DNA of 62,422 nucleotides, counting the filler, from Jimgerdemannia flammicorona (lineage: Eukaryota): the NCBI GenBank assembly GCA_003990765.1. It is 3 parts of 3 records of this genome, joined end to end, with 100 filler letters (N's around TTAATTAATTAA, not from the genome) between each part and the next. Parts side by side here need not be neighbours in the genome. Positions count along the whole stretch, not along the records: positions 41,688 to 62,422 come from RBNJ01001598.1; 2 more parts are not named here. One strand, written 5' to 3'. Below the pieces are notes generated by a model. It ran no database searches. It was not told the DNA's origin and saw only the letters and a list, made by a program, of their open reading frames with translations. This document shows, piece by piece, positions 48,502 to 61,768 of this stretch (positions are counted from its first letter, which is position 1; each line of letters begins with the position of its first letter). The position numbers and the translations under genes were made by a program.

Positions 48502-49463
48502 TTATGCAGACCACACCTTCTTGATCAGTTCAGTCATACCAACATCTTCCGTATTAATATTATAGCAGCCGATTAAAACTCCCACTGTCGCAAGCCTCAT
48601 ACCCCAGCTAGCCACTTTATGGAGGCGGGCATTCCTGCGTTCAGGGAGGTAATCTGTTGGACATTGAAAAGATACACAACGGGTTGCACATAAGGGGCCG
48701 GTTGGTGAAGCGAACCAGTAATTAATACATTGCACAAGGTCTGCTTTATGGAAAGAGAGGTTAATTTAGCGAAAATAAGGTCGTGCATATACCTGTAATG
48801 ACGGCGTCCATTCCAAGATGACAATGAAGTGGAAGCACCACACCAAGAAGGGCATCCGTGAGAGGATGAGCTCCAACAACGATCTGCGCAGCTGTGAGCG
48901 GCACTAGGGCGATCGATAAAGATCGCTCGAATGTCCAAAGGTACGACCCCTGAACGGGGTCAGGGGTGGGGAACGTCACCTCTGCAGTGCGGTAAACAGG
49001 ATTATGGCGGCTTGAGCTTGGAAATGTTGTATTATCAACAATTGCATGATGCACAGTGTGCATACACACTGTATCATTATTCATACTTGTGTTGTCAATT
49101 TTCGTCGATTCTACTTGCGTGGGGTCAATTATCTTTGGAGCTTCACTTTGCGGGGCTAATGGAAGCTGAAAGTCAATATAGATAGATATAAAAGAACATA
49201 CATTCATCATGCTTATGTTTATGAAGAAGTCACTACCCACCGACAGTCTGTTCAATTTTTGTGCTATTTGTGCGGGCTTCAATGCATGGGAGGAAATGGT
49301 AATGAATTGTGTCGCTCTTACACTCTACTGTCTAAAAATGCCAATGAGTACTTGATTTTTATATACCTATCTGTGACAAAGGCCTGGTTCTACAAACATG
49401 TGGGACACCAACGGGCCGTGACATTGGCGCAGAGAACACGGAGAGAAAAAGCCGAGATGACAT
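48502..49463 (-). CDS. SDH4: Succinate dehydrogenase cytochrome b small subunit (CybS)
   Basis: Motifs GSYLWTFERSLSIALVPL, LHCHLGMDAVIT|DYLP and NTEDVGMTELIKKVWSA*. Mitochondrial presequence-like first exon MSSRLFLSVF... from 49463. Confidence 0.9.
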
Positions 49464-49829
49464 TGTTCCAGCTGGTTTTACTCGAAAGAATTAACGGGCA
49501 ATCTATAATATGATAATTGGTCGCGTGAGAAGAGACTGGCTGGAAAAACCTACAGTCCCTGTGTTGACATTCCAAGCCACCAATGTCTATTTCACGTGAC
49601 TTTGGAGCCAACTCATGTTTGATAGCATAGTAACTATTTTAGTTTTTGTTTCGTTTGATTTGATTGGATAGTTCACAAATGCTGTGACAAAAATTACGTG
49701 CTAGAGAAAGGAAAGAAAACTATGCGAACGCGCAAGAAACAATCTTATATTACAATGTCATCATATTGGTAGTTGTATGCCCTCTAACGACGTTGTAATG
49801 CTCTCTCAATAAACTAAACAGCACTACGC

Positions 49830-52800
49830 TCACACTATTGCTGGCCACTCGAAATAATCGATATGGAACGGCAACACGGCACTCTGAGTAAGATATGCGT
49901 ATGTTCCATCGCGACCCTCCTGCGGCAGATCATAAAACAAACGCCTGGCGACACCGGCATGCTTTTCAAACGACAGATCTTCGCTCTGAATCTTGGAGCT
50001 ATTTTGCCATTGATGTTTGTTTTGTTCTACCCAATGCCGCCAAAACGCCTCCATAGCGCCGTGCACGATACGCGTCAGATCGACGGGCTCTTGCAACATG
50101 TTGACTTCTGGATAGCGTTCTTGGATTTTCGAGATGACGGTCAGCGCTTCGATAGCAATCTGACGCTCAGCCGGATCCGCTATCCATCCTAGGAAGTATT
50201 CGACAAGCAGGGCGAAGTTGAACTCCTCAGGCGTCTTTTCAAACACCGTCGGGTCTCGCGGGAGGAAGTGATCGTCGATCCGCAAACCAGACGAACGGTC
50301 CAGAATCTGCCACACCTTGGGGTAAAAGTTGATCGGCACTCGGTTAAGAGCACCATCGTTTTTGCGACGGCGGAGCCAGCGGCCTGACGAGTGTGGGATA
50401 TAAGCAGATATCGACGACGGAGAGAAAGCTTCTCCGTCTTTGTCTACTGCGCGCTTGTAATTGTTTAGATTTATCGTGTGCTCAATGATGTCGGTCGGTC
50501 CATCTGTGGACGACTTGTGAGCCTCAGGAACTTTGCCAACTGGTGCGCCTGTTGATATTGCGAATAATGTACATGCAAAATTAGGACACGACAAAACAAC
50601 CATATTTCGGCAGTAAAAGCTATAAAGTGATGGCAGGAAGGTTACCTTTCTCGCCAATCAAGCACCACGAATCACGATACTTGACATCATGGATCTTTTC
50701 ACTTCCCAAAGCAACCAACGCCGCCTTAGCGGCCAGTGTTAAGCGTTCAACGCAATCGTCCTGTGCCACCACAATAGCAATCATCCCCGCGGTAAGCCAC
50801 TCAACAAGCTTCGCGAAATCGTCCGACTCGTCCTCCGAGATATGCGTATCGAACGACACTTTCTCGACGATGCTGTTCTCCACGGGGTCGATAACGATGA
50901 CATTCAGCCCACGTGACCCGACAGACATGATGTTACCATTGATCTCGATACGCGCAAAGTTACCCGATAGGAACCCACCAGACTGGGCTGTGATAGCCAC
51001 AGTATCGGCCTGCGTTTCACTCGGTGGCAACGGACTGAACATGGAAACTGGAATCGGTGGTGGGGATAGACGCGTAGGTTGGGTGCGGCCCGAATCTGAA
51101 GCATTAGGGAGTGATGTTGCGAAGGAGATCGCGCGTGAGCGATTGCTGAGGGAGGCAAGGAGAAGGCGTCCACCTAGGGCATCGTGAACGGAGGTGGTGG
51201 GATTGGCGCTCAATGTCGGGCCGCTGAGAACGGTGCCGAGGAGCGACTTGAGTTCAAATGGCGAGAGCTATTTATGTGATGTGAATGACGTTTTCATTTG
51301 AAATGAATACTGGGACATGTAATAGACCATTTCCCTCCCAGGATTATTCATCACAACAAACCTGCATCAAATGATCCACAGCCTCTTCCTCATCACATCC
51401 ATTCAGCCTACTGATCTCCTCCCGTAGTGCAAGGATCAAGAAGTGTGTTCGCAAGCGCAAGATACCCTCGAACATTTCGGGATGCGAGCGGATAAAGCTT
51501 CCAAGATATATGATGATCTCTTGTACAACAGGGCCCTCTCGCACGTCATCCGCGCTAGAAACGTGAAACAGAATATATTGATATGGTTAAAACAACGAGT
51601 GACGATTGGTTTCGCCAACATGAAAATGCACTAACAAATGGATGTGTGTCCGTCCACTCGCAACAAACGAAGCACCAGTCACACATACCAATGATCCCAG
51701 ATCATGGTGCTCAGCACATCGGGCCCAACGGGCATCGAAATCAAGTATTCATTCTTGCCAGACCCAATGCTGACTTGGCACTGACGAATGATCAAGTCTG
51801 TGATGTTGATGGTGAGCGACGGAACAACCTTACGTAACGCGCCCGCTGTCTGCCGTACGATGCTCCACAGTTTCAACTGTAGAGACTTGAAGTAGACCTC
51901 CTCAAGCAACTCGCGCACGGTAGCGCCGAGCGCCGAGATGGAGAAATCGAAACCGTGACACGAGTGGAGGTATTGCAGGAGATCTGGTAGTTTTTATGTG
52001 CAAGTTAGTTATAATTAATTCCCTGTTCCTCATCTATGGTTCTATGCCTAATCGAACCAATTCTAGACCAACTTACCAATTTGATCGTAAAGATTCACTG
52101 ACGCACATAGCGAAGTTATCGCCTGCTCCGTCATCGATGAATCCCCCAATGTAAATGAGACTGGTTCAGCCGCGCTATCTTCCGTCCCCGCCGAGCCTGG
52201 TGACGCAGATCCCGGCGTGCCTAATGTAGCCGTCGTCGTATCGATACCCAAGCCCGATACCCTCTTTCCTTCCTTGGGCGTCAGTTCATCCGACACTGTT
52301 TCGATCGGCGATGCGCCCTCTTCGACTTGCATCGCGGAGATCGGTGTCGCCTTTCTTGGTGGCGCAGAGATGCTCTGCTCGTCGTGATCGCGCAACTTGA
52401 ACCTACTGGAAGGCCGTTCGATTTGCTCGTCCGTAGCGCCCAAGGGGCCCTTGCCCGAATTGGCCAAGGCGTTCAGCGCCGCTGCGCCAAAATAGCCATC
52501 TTCATCGTCAAATGTACGATCGGATCTGGCGATGGGTGTGTAGAGTGAGGACTCCTTCTTCTTGTGTCCTTTGCGCATGGTGGGCGTATGGGGCGTAGAA
52601 GGTGCACTGAAGTGGTTATAGTAGTGACCGGGGGTACTGGCTTGCGTTTGTCGTTCATTGAAACCCAGTTTACGCCCGCCACGGCCCTTGCGACGACGCG
52701 AGTTGGCTACTCGAAGGATGGATTCCCAGTCGATATCGGGCTTGTTAATTAGGAAGTCGAGCGATTCGATGTTGCTCGTATTGACCTGCTCCGTTAAGCG

Positions 52801-55800
52801 ACCGAGACGAACGCGCACGTTGTTGCACACACCAGAGCGCAGGTTCATGAAGAAATTGAGCAAGTTTTTCTTGGAAGGTGAGGAAGATATGAGCGAGTTG
52901 CGGCGCCAACCTTCGCGCCCACCACTGGCACTAGAACGTCTTGAAGGCGCTGTGAGACCACCCAGCATGGAGTGGGTAAGACGCACAACCATCGTGGGGC
53001 GGCCAGGATAGAACCAATTGTTACGGACAAAAGAGAGTTCCGTTTCGAAGCTGGAGATCAAATAGTCGTTGTCACTTGTAAGATAGAACTCTTCGTTATC
53101 CATGAAGTGGGGAGTAAAAGCATAGAGCTGTCCCTGGACCCGGTAAAGGCGGCAAGTGCTAAGGGAACCGACGGGCCTACAGCAATATCAGAATGTAATA
53201 TTAACTATGGTGTCTGTGTCATGGACCTCGAACACCAATCAAATCAATTTGAATCAGCTACACTCTTCCTTATACGCACCTCTTTGGCCTCCCAGACAAA
53301 CCCAATTTAGTATTTAGCCCCAACCCAGCGTACACCTCCTTCAAAGCGTCCGGCGGAAGCACAGTGACTGGATGCACCTGATCGGCCGTTTCGGTTTTAA
53401 GACCGTACATCGACAATGTAGACTATACACAGCGTAAACAAGATGACATCAGTACATAACTCCGTCCACTTATCTATAGATCAAAGGCGAATTCAAGACC
53501 TCGCATTGTATGTATTACCTGCAAATGGACATCCTCTGCCAAGAGGACAATCTGCACCACCGTATCCATATCTGTCTTGCGCGTGGCGTTGAATCGGCGA
53601 CCTAAAGGATCCACTTCGGCCACGGATAGGAGGTTTTCATAGATGAGATTGCCAAGGAAGAAAAGCGAGTTTGCCCTGCATGCATAAAAAATATGTGTCA
53701 GTTGCATTGGGAATAAGCGAGAGCATGCCGGAAGAATCATGTTATGAGAGCGGAAATAATGTCATACCACACAAGTGGCACATTATCATTGGCGACCCTA
53801 GCTTGCGAATGCGGCTTTTTCTTTTCAGCTTCGACTAAGTGTGGCGGCACGTAATATAGCTCCGGGATCAACAGGATATGATCCTGATACGACGACCAGC
53901 TCCCTGGAGATACCGGCGGCGTGGCACCAACCAACCGAGCCGTCGAGGTTGAACCAAGGGCACCCCCTGGAGTAACGCTTCCACGACGCGGGACTGACTC
54001 CGTCGAGGTAGAAGGCGTAGGCTGGGCGGAATGGGTTGGAGTGGTAGCTTCGTCGTTGGTGCCGCTGTTGGGTCCAAGGAACTGACCAAAGTCCGTGAGC
54101 GTAGCGGAGTCGATGATGAGGGGTTCAAGAGCATGTCGATACTCCTCAGTTTGTTGTTCATCGCCTGTAAATAGGCCGTCGAGAATCAAGTAGGTAAAAA
54201 AAAGAGGCCATTCTGATTCCAGGTTCTCAAAGATACGAAGTTCGTGTGGCTCATAGTGGAGGCGTGTGGTGTCTTCCACGACGGTTTGGTGACCGTCGCG
54301 AAGGAAACGTTTGCAACCATATTTCCCCCCGAGTTTGGTAATGATTTCACGTTTGGTTGTTTTGACAAGCTCAGGGTCGTGGACGGCGAAGGCGGGGAAG
54401 CCAATGACAGAGAGGAGTGCAGCGTCAATCTCTTTGGAGTTAGATTCGCGCGGGAGGAACGAATGTAGGGTGGTGGAATTACGGGTAAGCTCGTCAGGAA
54501 GGACGTGAATAACCTGTAGGATCGAGAACATGGTAAGCTATGAATCTTCGTGCTCATTAATTACAACGCCCGATTCTCTCAATTTATCGCGCACGTACCG
54601 ATGATGGCCCACCCCGAGAGCCGAACAAGTTGACGCCATTAATAGACTGCAGCGCGGCCACCGCCATCCCTATGGAAGAAGAGTTCAATTCTGGCTCGCC
54701 ATGATTAATCTTATTACCACGCTCCCAGATACCGTAGTCTGGCGTTCGGTATGCCCCTGGAAATTGACGAATAACAAAATAAAGAGAATTGATTTTGAGT
54801 TCGAACGTGATCCTTTCAATTCATGCAGGCAACAAAACGAATTACTCAACTTACTCTCGATATAAAACGCCAGATTCTGCACGAAATCAACTTCGTCCGT
54901 GGTGAAGATGATCTTCAAACCGGATGTGGTCATCTGTGCCAGGGCAAGCAAGAATATGCTGGTGGCGTCGATCTGCAGATGACCCCATTCGAAATCGCCA
55001 ACGACGGTGTCGCCCGTTGAAGTGTTGTATTTCGCATGCAGAGAGTGTTCGAGCGTCTGCGTACGTTTAAATTTTTCGACTTTTGGCGCTTGACGCATCA
55101 TGGCAAAAAGGAGACCTAGGTGTAATGAAGGAGGCGCATGAGGTCTAAAAGTTCGTAAAGGACATCAAAAAGCAACATTAGAGTACCATGGCTAATAGAT
55201 AATTACCTCGCATCAATTTTATGACAGCGTGCTCCAGTTCGTCTGTCGGCCAGGCAAGACAAGCAGAGATGTTCAATTAGATCGTTAGCGACTTTCCTCT
55301 TGGAGGCATGCTCTCGCTGAAGTGTCCGATACATAGACAAAAGAGGTCATCCAGTGCTCAAAATAAACGAAATCCCATGTATCCTACTTACAAGCTCGCC
55401 CATTATTGTCGTCCACCCTCCGATACGCAAGCGCAAGGCCGAAGACGGCAAGGATCGAGTAAACGTTATCCCTGTTACAAAAGACAATCGGGGTTCAGCC
55501 TGAATCAAGAGCGATTTGAATGCCTATGCCAATTTCAAAGCCGGTTATGTTTATTTCATCCATGTATCGAATGTCGATCGTCGTGGCGTGGGATCGTCCT
55601 GCTATTCCCCTCCCCTGCCTTCCTCTCCAAATTTGCCAGACAAATACCAGCTCCAAGTTGTGGTCATCTAAAATATCCCCCTCTCCAGAAACTTTCCGTC
55701 AAACCTCCCGACCAAGACAACCGTTTATCGTGAAAACAACGACCCGATTCCCCAGATGTTCGACATACCTTACCCATGCATCTCTGTAGTCCCCGTGTGT

Positions 55801-56060
55801 CTACAGAGGCAGATACGCAAAGAAGTGGTTTGCCCGGGTAAGCGAGAGTGCACAAAGAAAGAGCCCCTGTCAGCGATCTCACGTCCCCTTTTAAGTCGGT
55901 GCGCTGGTGCACGCTCCCATCTCAGGCTACTCACAGTGACAGCGACGGAGGCGGGTATCAGACCGGTTGTAGGGTTCTGTCTGGAAAGGATTATTGTGTT
56001 TATTGCACGATAATAGTAATCGAGACGGTCAAGGGTGGAGCGATTTCTGGTAGCTGGCAT
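49830..56060 (-). CDS. Phosphorylase kinase regulatory subunit alpha/beta-like protein (GH15-like domain) with an internal ILEI/PANDER domain; many exons
   Basis: Motifs [116 protein letters not shown] and [15 protein letters not shown]. Confidence 0.92.
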
Positions 56061-57173
56061 TGTGTCGGGAACGAGAGAACAAGGGGTCGCGGCGAGGCTC
56101 CTTAAAAGGATGGACGTGTCAAAGGAGCGGTGACGGTCACATGTTGAACCTTAGATTAACAAGCCACAGAATGCCAAGTACGCCAACGCTGCAATCCTAC
56201 TCCCCAATCAGCCGTGAGCCCAAGCCCACTCGGTCCTTTCCATTTGTGTGTACATATACGCCCATTCGTTCCGTATACATGTTGATGTCATCAATGATGC
56301 TTTCGTGTTTTCGGCCTCCGACCGATGGTCCGAGCGTTCCTTGCACGTGCCCAAAAGCATGCGGAATCCCCCTTCCCTTTTTCGATGGGGCAAATGTCCC
56401 TCGTGGACAACTCTGGCCGATTCATATAATACACAAGCAGTGAGAATCACTCTGCATTCAAATACCACCGTGCAATCTTTTGCACATGAACACAGATCGT
56501 GGCGTTGTGGCATATGCACATGAAGATTGCTGTTCCAGTTCGAAAACTCCCAATTCAAAAAAAAAATGATGTAAGCCATTTACGCCGAACACAATGACGT
56601 TTACCGACGATATGCTGTGTAAAGGTTTGGTATCATCAGATCAAAAGATTGTCGATATCAATAACAGATAACAAGACATGAACCAAAAAGATGGCTGGCC
56701 CGAAAGCCCTAGCACTTGTTGCGCTTCGGTAAACATACCAATAAATACTTGAATCTCGAAGCACGCAACGTGCAATAAATGATCGACACCAAGCAAAATA
56801 ATAATAAAAAAAAATGTGACAACCTGATGCCCTATTCCAGTCTTGCGAAATTTTATTGAATTTCAATTCAGTTGCCATTCCTCGCTCGATATCATATCAC
56901 GACCAGTTATCTCCGCTTCGTCTTGCCACATAGTTGACTATCTGAGATTGAGACGTAAATGTTGTCGAAAAGAGTTTTTGTGTTGTTTTTCCAATGAGTC
57001 AGGTTGATAGTTGCCATAGTAAATAATTATTTTCCACCGTTGAAATCGGCGCTTTCTGCGCATCGTTATTACCGTTATTACCAGGCGTAGTTCTCCGGAA
57101 TCAGAACATACCCTCTTCGTCCGATTGCTTGGATCATGCCTAGCTCGAAATGACCAAAACTCACATAGAGAAC

Positions 57174-57239
57174 TCTCTTCGTGTCGTCCTCCACAAACTG
57201 ACCAGGCCGCATCCACATACGGAACTGTACAGTAGCACT
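57174..57239 (-). repeat. Inverted 66-bp duplicate of a DUF711 exon-intron junction
   Basis: The reverse complement agtgctactgtacagttccgtatgtggatgcggcctggtcagtttgtggaggacgacacgaagaga matches 44931-44997. Confidence 0.85.
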
Positions 57240-57329
57240 GGTGTCGAGTGACGTAGAACAAAGATGACGTAATTACAAGAATCACGTGTCTAAGGCACAT
57301 ATAATCGAATAAGAATTTCAGGATGCAAT

Positions 57330-57650
57330 TAGTGCTCTGAATGAGTGGATTTGAATCAAATCTAGATTTGATTCATCATGTGATGGTTTGACCCAAATCT
57401 CAAATCTAAAATAATCTGAATCAACTCAGATTAATCCAAATCACTCTATCTGAATTACTCTATCTAAATTACTCTATCTGAATTATTTTATCTGAATTAC
57501 TCCATCTGAACTACTCAATCTGAACCACTCAATCCAAATCACTCAATCTGAATTACTCAATCTTAGTGCTCCAAATAGATACAATTTATTTAGATGAGAT
57601 TTAATTCAGATTTGTCATATAATGAATTTAAATCAACTCAGATTAGTTCT
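57330..57650. mobile_element. hAT-like MITE remnants with 15-bp tandem repeats
   Basis: TAGTGCTC termini at 57330 and 57564. Repeats of the form atctgaattactc(t/a). Confidence 0.55.
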
Positions 57651-60600
57651 GTAATCACTCAAAATCTTTGGTAACATTATTCTTTCTTTATCTTGGGTGA
57701 CATCATCCTCTCTTTATTCTCTCTTTCTTTGTTCTCTCTTTTTTTATTCTCTCTGATACTTTGATACTCCTTTTTATTTCTTCTGTCATATTATAAATAA
57801 ATAAATAGTAGCTATAACAGTTCTAGTTTCTTTAAGAGGAAGTAGCTAAATCTAGAAGTTCTGGTTAGCCTAAAGTAGCTCAAAGAGATACTTAAAGGTT
57901 CAAATATTCTTGAAGGATTTCTGGGAGAAAATATTCTGAGCTTTATTCAGGTAAAGAATAAGAATATTTATACATGATCTGAAAGAAAGATCTAGAAGGA
58001 TCTTGGAAAAAAAGAGAAATGCCAAGAAATAGGTTCTCAGCAAAGCTGACTAATACTATTCTACAATGTTCTGAAAGGTTCTATAACTAGCTAAGATAAG
58101 ATACTTGGTACCAAGAAAAGACAAGAATGTTCTAGTGGTGTCTGAGTACCAAGAGAAGATTTCTAAGTAAGTAGAAAGTGACAGAACATAGTAGAATGTT
58201 TAAAAAATGATAAGAAAAGACTAACTAAAAGATGCAAAAATATACTAAGACTAAATATAACTGTGAAATTGTTACATCTCTCTCTCTTTAAAAACCAACA
58301 CCTTTATTGAGTTCTTAGATAATACAAGACTAGATATACTTAATCAAAATTTCTCAAACTTGAATTGATACATTGGTGGAGATTGACCATCCTTATATAA
58401 GGTAGAGGGCCTATTACCAGACTAACTAACTGAGAGGGGTTCAAACCCAGCTAGTAGCTTTATTTTGGTAGACTTCTTATTTATTAAATATTCTACTGGT
58501 TCTAGGGTCCCAAAGTAAACTTCTGATGCATAAGACACTGGTTATCCATAGGTCATTGACAATCCAAAAAAGTCACTATAAGGATTGGACAATGTGTTTT
58601 ACCTCAAAGTCTTGAACTAGATCTTGAGAGTTCTTAAGGTTGACCAGTAGTTCCCAGGTAGTATCATATTCAGAATAACCTATCCACTTGACTAGGTATT
58701 CAGGATGGCAGTAGTAGATTTGTTTGTTAAGGATTTTCTCAGCTTTATACTTAATATAGTCTTCAATAATCATAGGGGTGGAAGGCTTAGGAATTCGACC
58801 AGGGTAGGGTGGTGACTGGTTCCAGGTTTTGAGATATAATATATGAAAAACTGGGTATACTCTCATAGTTTCAGATAGCTTGAAGTGGTAGGAGGATATA
58901 GAGACTTATTCAGTGATCTCAAAAGGTCCAATATACTTGGGTTGAAACTTGTTCAAAGGACAGTTAACTTGAGATTATATCTTAAGATTCTCAGTAGACA
59001 GTAGAACTTAATCTCCAATAGTGTAAGTGATATTACAGTGTTTCTTGTCAGCATACTTGGCTTGATACTATTGAGCCTTCTGAAGATTTACAGTAGCAAT
59101 CTTGAGTAGTTCATCTATTTTATCTGTAATATTCTTGGCAGTTGAGACTTATATTTGACTGGTTTTCTTGAAAGGAAATAGACTTACAGGGGTCTTGAAA
59201 TCTTGACCATAGAGTAACCAGAAAGGGGAAAGACCAGTAGATGATTGGACAGCATTGTTGTATGCAAACTCCACATAAGTCAGATAGATGTCCCAATCAT
59301 CTTGTTTATAAGAAATATAGTTTCTAAGTATTTGTTCTAGAGTTCTGTTCATGTGCTCAGTTTGTTCATCAGTTTGTAGGTGAAAGATAGTAGATATAGC
59401 CAATTGGGTTTCCAGAGTCTTGAAGAGGATTTACCAGAAGTAACTGGTGAACTTGGGGTCACAATTACTAACAATTACTTAGAGTAGACTATAGTGACAG
59501 AAGATAAACTTGAAGAAGATTCTTATAATCTCACAGTAGCATTGGTAGTAGTTAGTTCAGCAACCATAGTCTTGGTCAGGTGGTTAATGAATATGACAAT
59601 AGCATCAGCACCAGATTGAGTTCATAGTAGTTGAGTTATAAAGTCCATAGTGACTTGCTCAAACTTCTTGATAGGAATTGGCAGTAGTTATAACAAATCA
59701 GCAAGCACTTAGTTGGTAAACTTGTTGTGCTGATATAAATTATAGCTAGTAATATAGTTCTTGATTTCCTTGACCATGTTTGGCCAATAGTAGCAGTATT
59801 AGATGTTCTTGACAGTCTTCTCAATTTCCAGGTAACTGGCAAGAGGGGAGTCATAGTGTTCTTACAAAACCTTATAGCATAGGTTTATGTTTTCAGATAG
59901 ATAGACTTGATCTTGATGATAGATCAGATTGTTCTTGACAGTATATACATCCTTGAGTTTATTTGAGAAAACTCTAGTAGCAACTGTGTCTTCTTTATAA
60001 GCTTGCCTGATTTGGTCTAGGAATTCTGATATCAAGGTAACTTGCATGATTATAGTGAGGTCTAGGTATCTTGATAAGGCATCTGATACTACAAGTGTTT
60101 TGCCAGACTTGTAAATGATCATCAGATTGAAGGTTTGAAGCTTAAGGCTCTACTTGGCTTATAGATGTGACAGAGTAGGTTAGGTATTGATGTACTTGAG
60201 AGATTAATGATCAGTAATAACATCAAACTCAATACATAGCATTACTAGTGGTCTAGTACATATATTATTGCTAGTAGTTCCTTCTTATGAGTAGCTAGCT
60301 TTTGTTCAGGCCAGCTTGCAGAACTTAAAAGCAATAGGGCAATATCCTTTGCCATCATCTTGTGATAGGACTGCTCCAATGGTAAAATTCAACACATCAG
60401 TAGTGACTGTGAATTTTAGGCCTTGATCTGCATTATGTAGAACTGGAGTATGGGTCAGATGGTTCTTAAGTTCTTGAAAGGCTTGTTGACAGAAGAGGTC
60501 CCAGGTATAGAGTATATAGTGGTCTGAGTATAGGGTCTTCCTCATGAGATTAGTCAGTGGCTTGACAATACTAGAGAAGTTTCTGACAAAGTGACAGTAA

Positions 60601-61768
60601 TAGCCAGCTAAACCAAGGAAGGATCAGAGTTCTGTGAGATTTAATAGAATGAGCCATTCTTCAATTACTTCTATCTTGTGTGGATCTACTTGAATTCCTT
60701 ATACAGAGACAATGTAGCCAAGATATTTGACTTATTCTTTGAAGAATTCATACTTCTTGAGCTTAGTATAAAGCTTGTATTTTTGCAGGATCTTCAAGAC
60801 TATTCAAATGTGTTTAAGGTGTTCTTTTTTAGTTATACTAAAGATCAGGATGTCATCAAGATATACCAACAGGAAAATAAATAGTTGGTTCTTGAATATC
60901 TTGTTCATTAGGGTCTGGAATGTAGTGGGTACATTGATAAGACCAAATGCTAAGACCAGGAATTCATAGAGTCCAAAGGGGATCATGAACACAGTCTTGG
61001 GAATATCTTCTAACTTAATTTGAATCTGGTGGTATCCTGACATGTGATCTAACTTGGTGAAGTACTTGGCATTCTTGAGAGTATTAAAGATTTGATCAAT
61101 CAAGAGTAGTGGATAGTGGTTCTTGATAGTAAGTTTGTTGAGTATATAATAGTCTATGCATATTTATAGGGTATCATTCTTCTTCTTGACAAATAAGACT
61201 AGTGAGCTATAAAGAGATTTGCTTGGCTGGATGGCTCCTCATACAAGTAGTTCTTCTAGTTCCTTCTTGATGATATGTGGTACATATGTTTCTTAAGTAG
61301 TACAGCTCCTGGGGTCAATTTGATTTCATGATCAACTTCTCATATAGATGGTAGACCAGGTAGCTTGTCTGGAAAGACATCCTTGAATTCTTCTAGCAAT
61401 AGCTTGATGCTTTCATTAACTGATAGTCTCTTGTCTTATTTCTTGAGGCAGATCATTACAACAAAGGTATGTATTGCCTTCTTGAGTACTCTCTTGTACT
61501 GTGTAGCTGACAGTATTGCCATCTGGGTCTTGCTTATAGTCTTGTCTGTCTTGATCATAATGTTGGCTCTATCTTAAAGTAGAGTAACTTCATTCTTATA
61601 CCAATCAATATCTAGGTTGTGTTTTGTAAGCCAGAGTTTTCCTAAGATCAGGTCATGATCTCCTAGTAGTACAATCTCAAAGTCTACTCATTCCCAATAT
61701 TTCTGGATCTTGATGGGCAGTTTGGTGGCAATTGACTTGATAGGGTACAGAGTATCATCTGCAGTGAC
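57650..61768 (-). mobile_element. Degenerate chromovirus-type Ty3/gypsy element (PR-RT-RH-IN-chromodomain, PPT, 3' LTR)
   Basis: RT motifs FGLINVPTTFQ and VYLDDILIFS. RNase H TDV..TIGAVLSQ. Integrase HLQTDEQTEHMNRTLEQ. Chromodomain EYLVKWIGYSEYDTTWE. Polypurine tract next to the LTR start TGTAAC at 58276. Confidence 0.9.

Noticed and set aside
55473..55773. Suspected micro-exon in the PHK-like gene (DAW-VR-DNV)
   Set aside because: Resolved by the donor GTATGT 5 nt downstream (TGG GTA AG|gt), so no micro-exon is needed.
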